Below are positions 26,001 to 27,682 of a DNA stretch of 27,682 nucleotides, piece after piece (the first letter of the stretch is position 1; each line of letters opens with the position of its first letter). The notes beneath the pieces were generated by a model. The model was not told the origin of the DNA. It worked only from the letters and a program-made list of their open reading frames with translations, and did no database searches. The translations under genes were made by a program, and so were the position numbers. This DNA is from an uncultured archaeon (GTDB lineage: Archaea > Asgardarchaeota > Lokiarchaeia > Sigyniarchaeales > SOKP01), in assembly GCA_964632315.1 (NCBI GenBank), contig CAZWEM010000054.1:1-27682 (forward strand). Direction: 5' to 3'.

Positions 26001-27682
26001 TCTCATTTTCAGATATCGCTTGAGAATCGATATATGCAGATAATTCAACTGGCTGTTCGTGTACTAACAATTGAAAATAGAAAATGTCAGTTTTATACTT
26101 ACTCATCTCAAACTTTATCTCTATTAAATTTAATCCCGCTGAATATACTGATGGGCTAATGATTATAGATGCATTATACCAGGAATCCCCTTCTTCGTTT
26201 AGAGATTGCTGATAAAAATCTACAATCCAAGTGAAATTTCCCCCGGACAGTAATTCATTATCGATATTTGCTTTTGCTTTCGCGGAAACATTAAGCTGTT
26301 CCATGTAGTTAACTTCTATAATAGAATTTTTATCGATATTTTGATTGTTTATAGAAGTGGTTATGTTTATACTCTGTTCAACAATTCTAAATTGGTAAAT
26401 ATGTGTCTGCGGTTCGTAAGAAGGAGCCGTAAAATTGAAATTGAGTTCATAAATTCCTAAATCATCAATGAAAGAGGTGTTAAACTGAATGTCATAGAGA
26501 CCATCACCCGAATTTTTGATGAAATATAACTCAGGATTAGTTATATTAACTTCAACAAGTGCCCTATTGATTCCGGTTTTGCTCACCGTAGAATAGTAAT
26601 TGAATTTAATCGTGCTATTTGCATGCATTTCAATATTATAATCAGATTCAAGTCTCTGTAATCTAGTTTCCTCACCTAAATTAATTCTTAAAGTCAAATT
26701 ATAATTCTCAAATCCCACTTTAAAGGATTGTATTAATATTTCATAAAAACCATTCGAAACTAATTCTGATGTTTCTAAATTAGTTTCATATATCCCTAAA
26801 GCAGCTTCTTCGAAATTCTTTATTTCTGGTACCCCTTCATTTGTCCAATTATATGAAATTATTGCATTAGAGATTGAATCATTATTTTCCGAATCAAAAA
26901 GTTTTATTCGAACAGGAATTATATCTCCTAAAAATGCGTCGGTTATTAAATCAGAAATCGCATCGTTTGGTTTAAGCAAAGACAACAAGCTATTATGAAT
27001 GACAAAAAAGCTGGAGTTTAAACCTCCCAAACAAGTACCATTGGACCAAAATAGCGTATACTCATATTCTCCCCCAGTAGTATTTAATGCATCAAAATAT
27101 AATTCCGAGAAGAAAACAGTTCCATTTGATAATGGGGTTTTCGATTCAAAAAACCATTCGCTATCGTTAGGATCATAAATAGTTAGATTTACTGATGTAT
27201 CATCTAGATTACTTGGAATTTGATTAGTGTAATTAACTTGTGTTTTCAGAATTGTTGATTCCCCCGTAAAAAAAGTATTATCGCTCTCTCCAACTAATTT
27301 AGTATTGGTTAAGTTTAAAAAATTAGGTGAGGTAGCCTTAAAAGTCCACCAACCAGGATATAACGCATTATCTTTATTGATCTTTAAAATTGTATCCCCT
27401 TCATTTCCATATTCATAAACACGGCTTTGTAAAGTAGGATCTAACGCAGATATAAAGTTCCAGTTCCGTGGCTTAATAATGGTAAATTCAAAATCTGAAT
27501 ATTGAGCTGGCATATACAGATTATGTGAAAACTCCCATACTATGGTTCCATTTTTTAATATTTCATAAGAAATTCCTTCTAGGGTAGTTTGTCCTACTCG
27601 TGATTTGGATTTGTGATACCCATAAATGGTTGTATCAAGATCAAATGATAAGGAAGGTGAATCTGTAGTAACAGTTAATTTT
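23017..27682 (-). CDS. Very large single-pass surface glycoprotein: tandem Ig-like repeats + TM + cytoplasmic longin-like + wHTH; 5' end lies outside the window
   Basis: The frame stays open upstream of the track's ATG (27513) to the window edge (...KLTVTTDSPSLSFDLDTTIYGYHKSKSRVGQTTLEGISYEILKNGTIVWEFSHNLY-MPAQ). It has abundant N-x-S/T sequons, a TM FMLWIIIGGATIAIGILGALSI followed by RKRRK, and a cytoplasmic AIVLMHRYSGIPLYSKSY...LFAGFVQAITS longin pattern. Confidence 0.88.
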   Translation of the reverse strand, partial: KLTVTTDSPSLSFDLDTTIYGYHKSKSRVGQTTLEGISYEILKNGTIVWEFSHNLYMPAQYSDFEFTIIKPRNWNFISALDPTLQSRVYEYGNEGDTILKINKDNALYPGWWTFKATSPNFLNLTNTKLVGESDNTFFTGESTILKTQVNYTNQIPSNLDDTSVNLTIYDPNDSEWFFESKTPLSNGTVFFSELYFDALNTTGGEYEYTLFWSNGTCLGGLNSSFFVIHNSLLSLLKPNDAISDLITDAFLGDIIPVRIKLFDSENNDSISNAIISYNWTNEGVPEIKNFEEAALGIYETNLETSELVSNGFYEILIQSFKVGFENYNLTLRINLGEETRLQRLESDYNIEMHANSTIKFNYYSTVSKTGINRALVEVNITNPELYFIKNSGDGLYDIQFNTSFIDDLGIYELNFNFTAPSYEPQTHIYQFRIVEQSINITTSINNQNIDKNSIIEVNYMEQLNVSAKAKANIDNELLSGGNFTWIVDFYQQSLNEEGDSWYNASIIISPSVYSAGLNLIEIKFEMSKYKTDIFYFQLLVHEQPVELSAYIDSQAISENEIIETMYMENFTISVRAYATLETNYITGALITWQGGNQDQELVEDNLWYNLTIQVISSNYTPGLNSIAIQFMKDDYQTKVFSFQLLVQEQSVELSTYLNSQAISENQIIDAMYMETITVSVRAFATVEMEYITGSIISWQGGNQDQALIETSSWYNLSIQIVSSNYTPGLNSIAIQFIKNDYQTEVFSFQLLVHEQSIELSAYIDSQAISENEIIETMYMENLMISVRAFATVEVEYINGALVTWQGGNQDQSLIEVSSWYNLSIQIVPINYTAGLNSITIQFVKDDYQTKVFSFQLLVKKQSVELSSYADSKEILDNQLIEVMFKQTISFSLRAYGTVDLNYISGAQVHWDSQFYYKDFIENGDWYNLSIIFTASNFSSGINSVSIKFEKENYTTIYFSFQLLLREQSVVLNASINDQSIPSEGALIELMFKENITISAQAFAMGETIYLTGGNISLISGSFHFDFDEVTPTWFTLNFIIDGAYFDLGINTVSIKFEQANYTVSYLSFQFFITAETVNLSLYAGSNEIQSNNLIQVTYYDDFSLSLRAMANAEKIHLSGGSAILVIGDYHQEFIENDEYWYNINVTCDPDNFDLGINTVYVSFTHPNYITSKFYFQVLVNQIEMNAKTIDFQDSIERYSGDSVLIRINLTESITTNIIENATIRYSWEYGLGNLEYVGSGIYEATFTLPENVRGSYKVSLIILTDSILFKAMQTSFIVVISPRELPNFMLWIIIGGATIAIGILGALSIRSYVILPRKRRKEAELLSKTQNFKDLQNIQAIVLMHRYSGIPLYSKSYSILEKQKKELFAGFVQAITSIGEEIAGKRSDEGESRAGVVQNLFELDFKYFHCLICDRDDLRIVVVLTEKASENLKNDIINLAAGITLNLNDLIEHWDGALETFENEMPPILKQYLDLYYKEPFILNNVEFISELRKEVELSKMETRVLNTVYSMAKSKKSFFLDYIIETVSEENKDVIIEAIESLISNKIILPTSK
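24145..26382 (-). repeat. Seven tandem ~318-324 bp (106-108 aa) coding repeats; three highly similar 318-bp copies at 25108-26061
   Basis: The marker CGCTTGAGAA occurs at 25381, 25699 and 26017 (exact 318 bp period). The protein unit is EQ.VELS.Y...Q.I.EN..I..MY...WYNL.I....GLNSI.IQF.K..Y.T..FSFQLLV. Confidence 0.92.

Noticed and set aside
25108-26061. CRISPR array or mobile-element repeat
   Set aside because: The repeats are 318-bp in-frame coding units with no spacers.
27511-27513. ATG at 27513 as the start of the large surface protein
   Set aside because: The frame is open to the window edge and no signal peptide follows this Met, so the real start is upstream.

Overview
This AT-rich (roughly 30% GC by eye), gene-dense window looks like Asgard archaeal DNA, most likely Lokiarchaeia. 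The assignment is inferred from ribosomal protein L13e, an archaeosortase, a stand-alone MtrH, three Arf/Rag-like small GTPases, and several longin and roadblock proteins. It contains 20 well-supported CDSs. Two run off the window edges: a double metallo-beta-lactamase-fold protein at the left end, which is absent from the ORF track, and a >1550 aa surface protein at the right end. The main signal is a concentration of eukaryote-like GTPase signalling parts. These are two paralogous longin/uDENN-like + GTPase + roadblock-like fusions, one Rag/Gtr-like GTPase + roadblock-like protein, a Zn-ribbon + roadblock protein, a longin + winged-helix protein with an NPRL2-like layout, and a single-pass receptor-like protein with tandem ~106 aa extracellular repeats and a cytoplasmic longin + wHTH tail. 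Together they suggest a surface-to-GTPase (proto Rag/Ragulator/GATOR-like) toolkit. Other oddities are an intact but apparently catalytically dead class III ribonucleotide reductase paralogue, an L13e-HhH fusion, and an MBL protein whose two active sites are degenerate at complementary positions. No rRNA, tRNA, CRISPR array or mobile element was recognised. All family calls come from motif recognition by eye, not from database searches.
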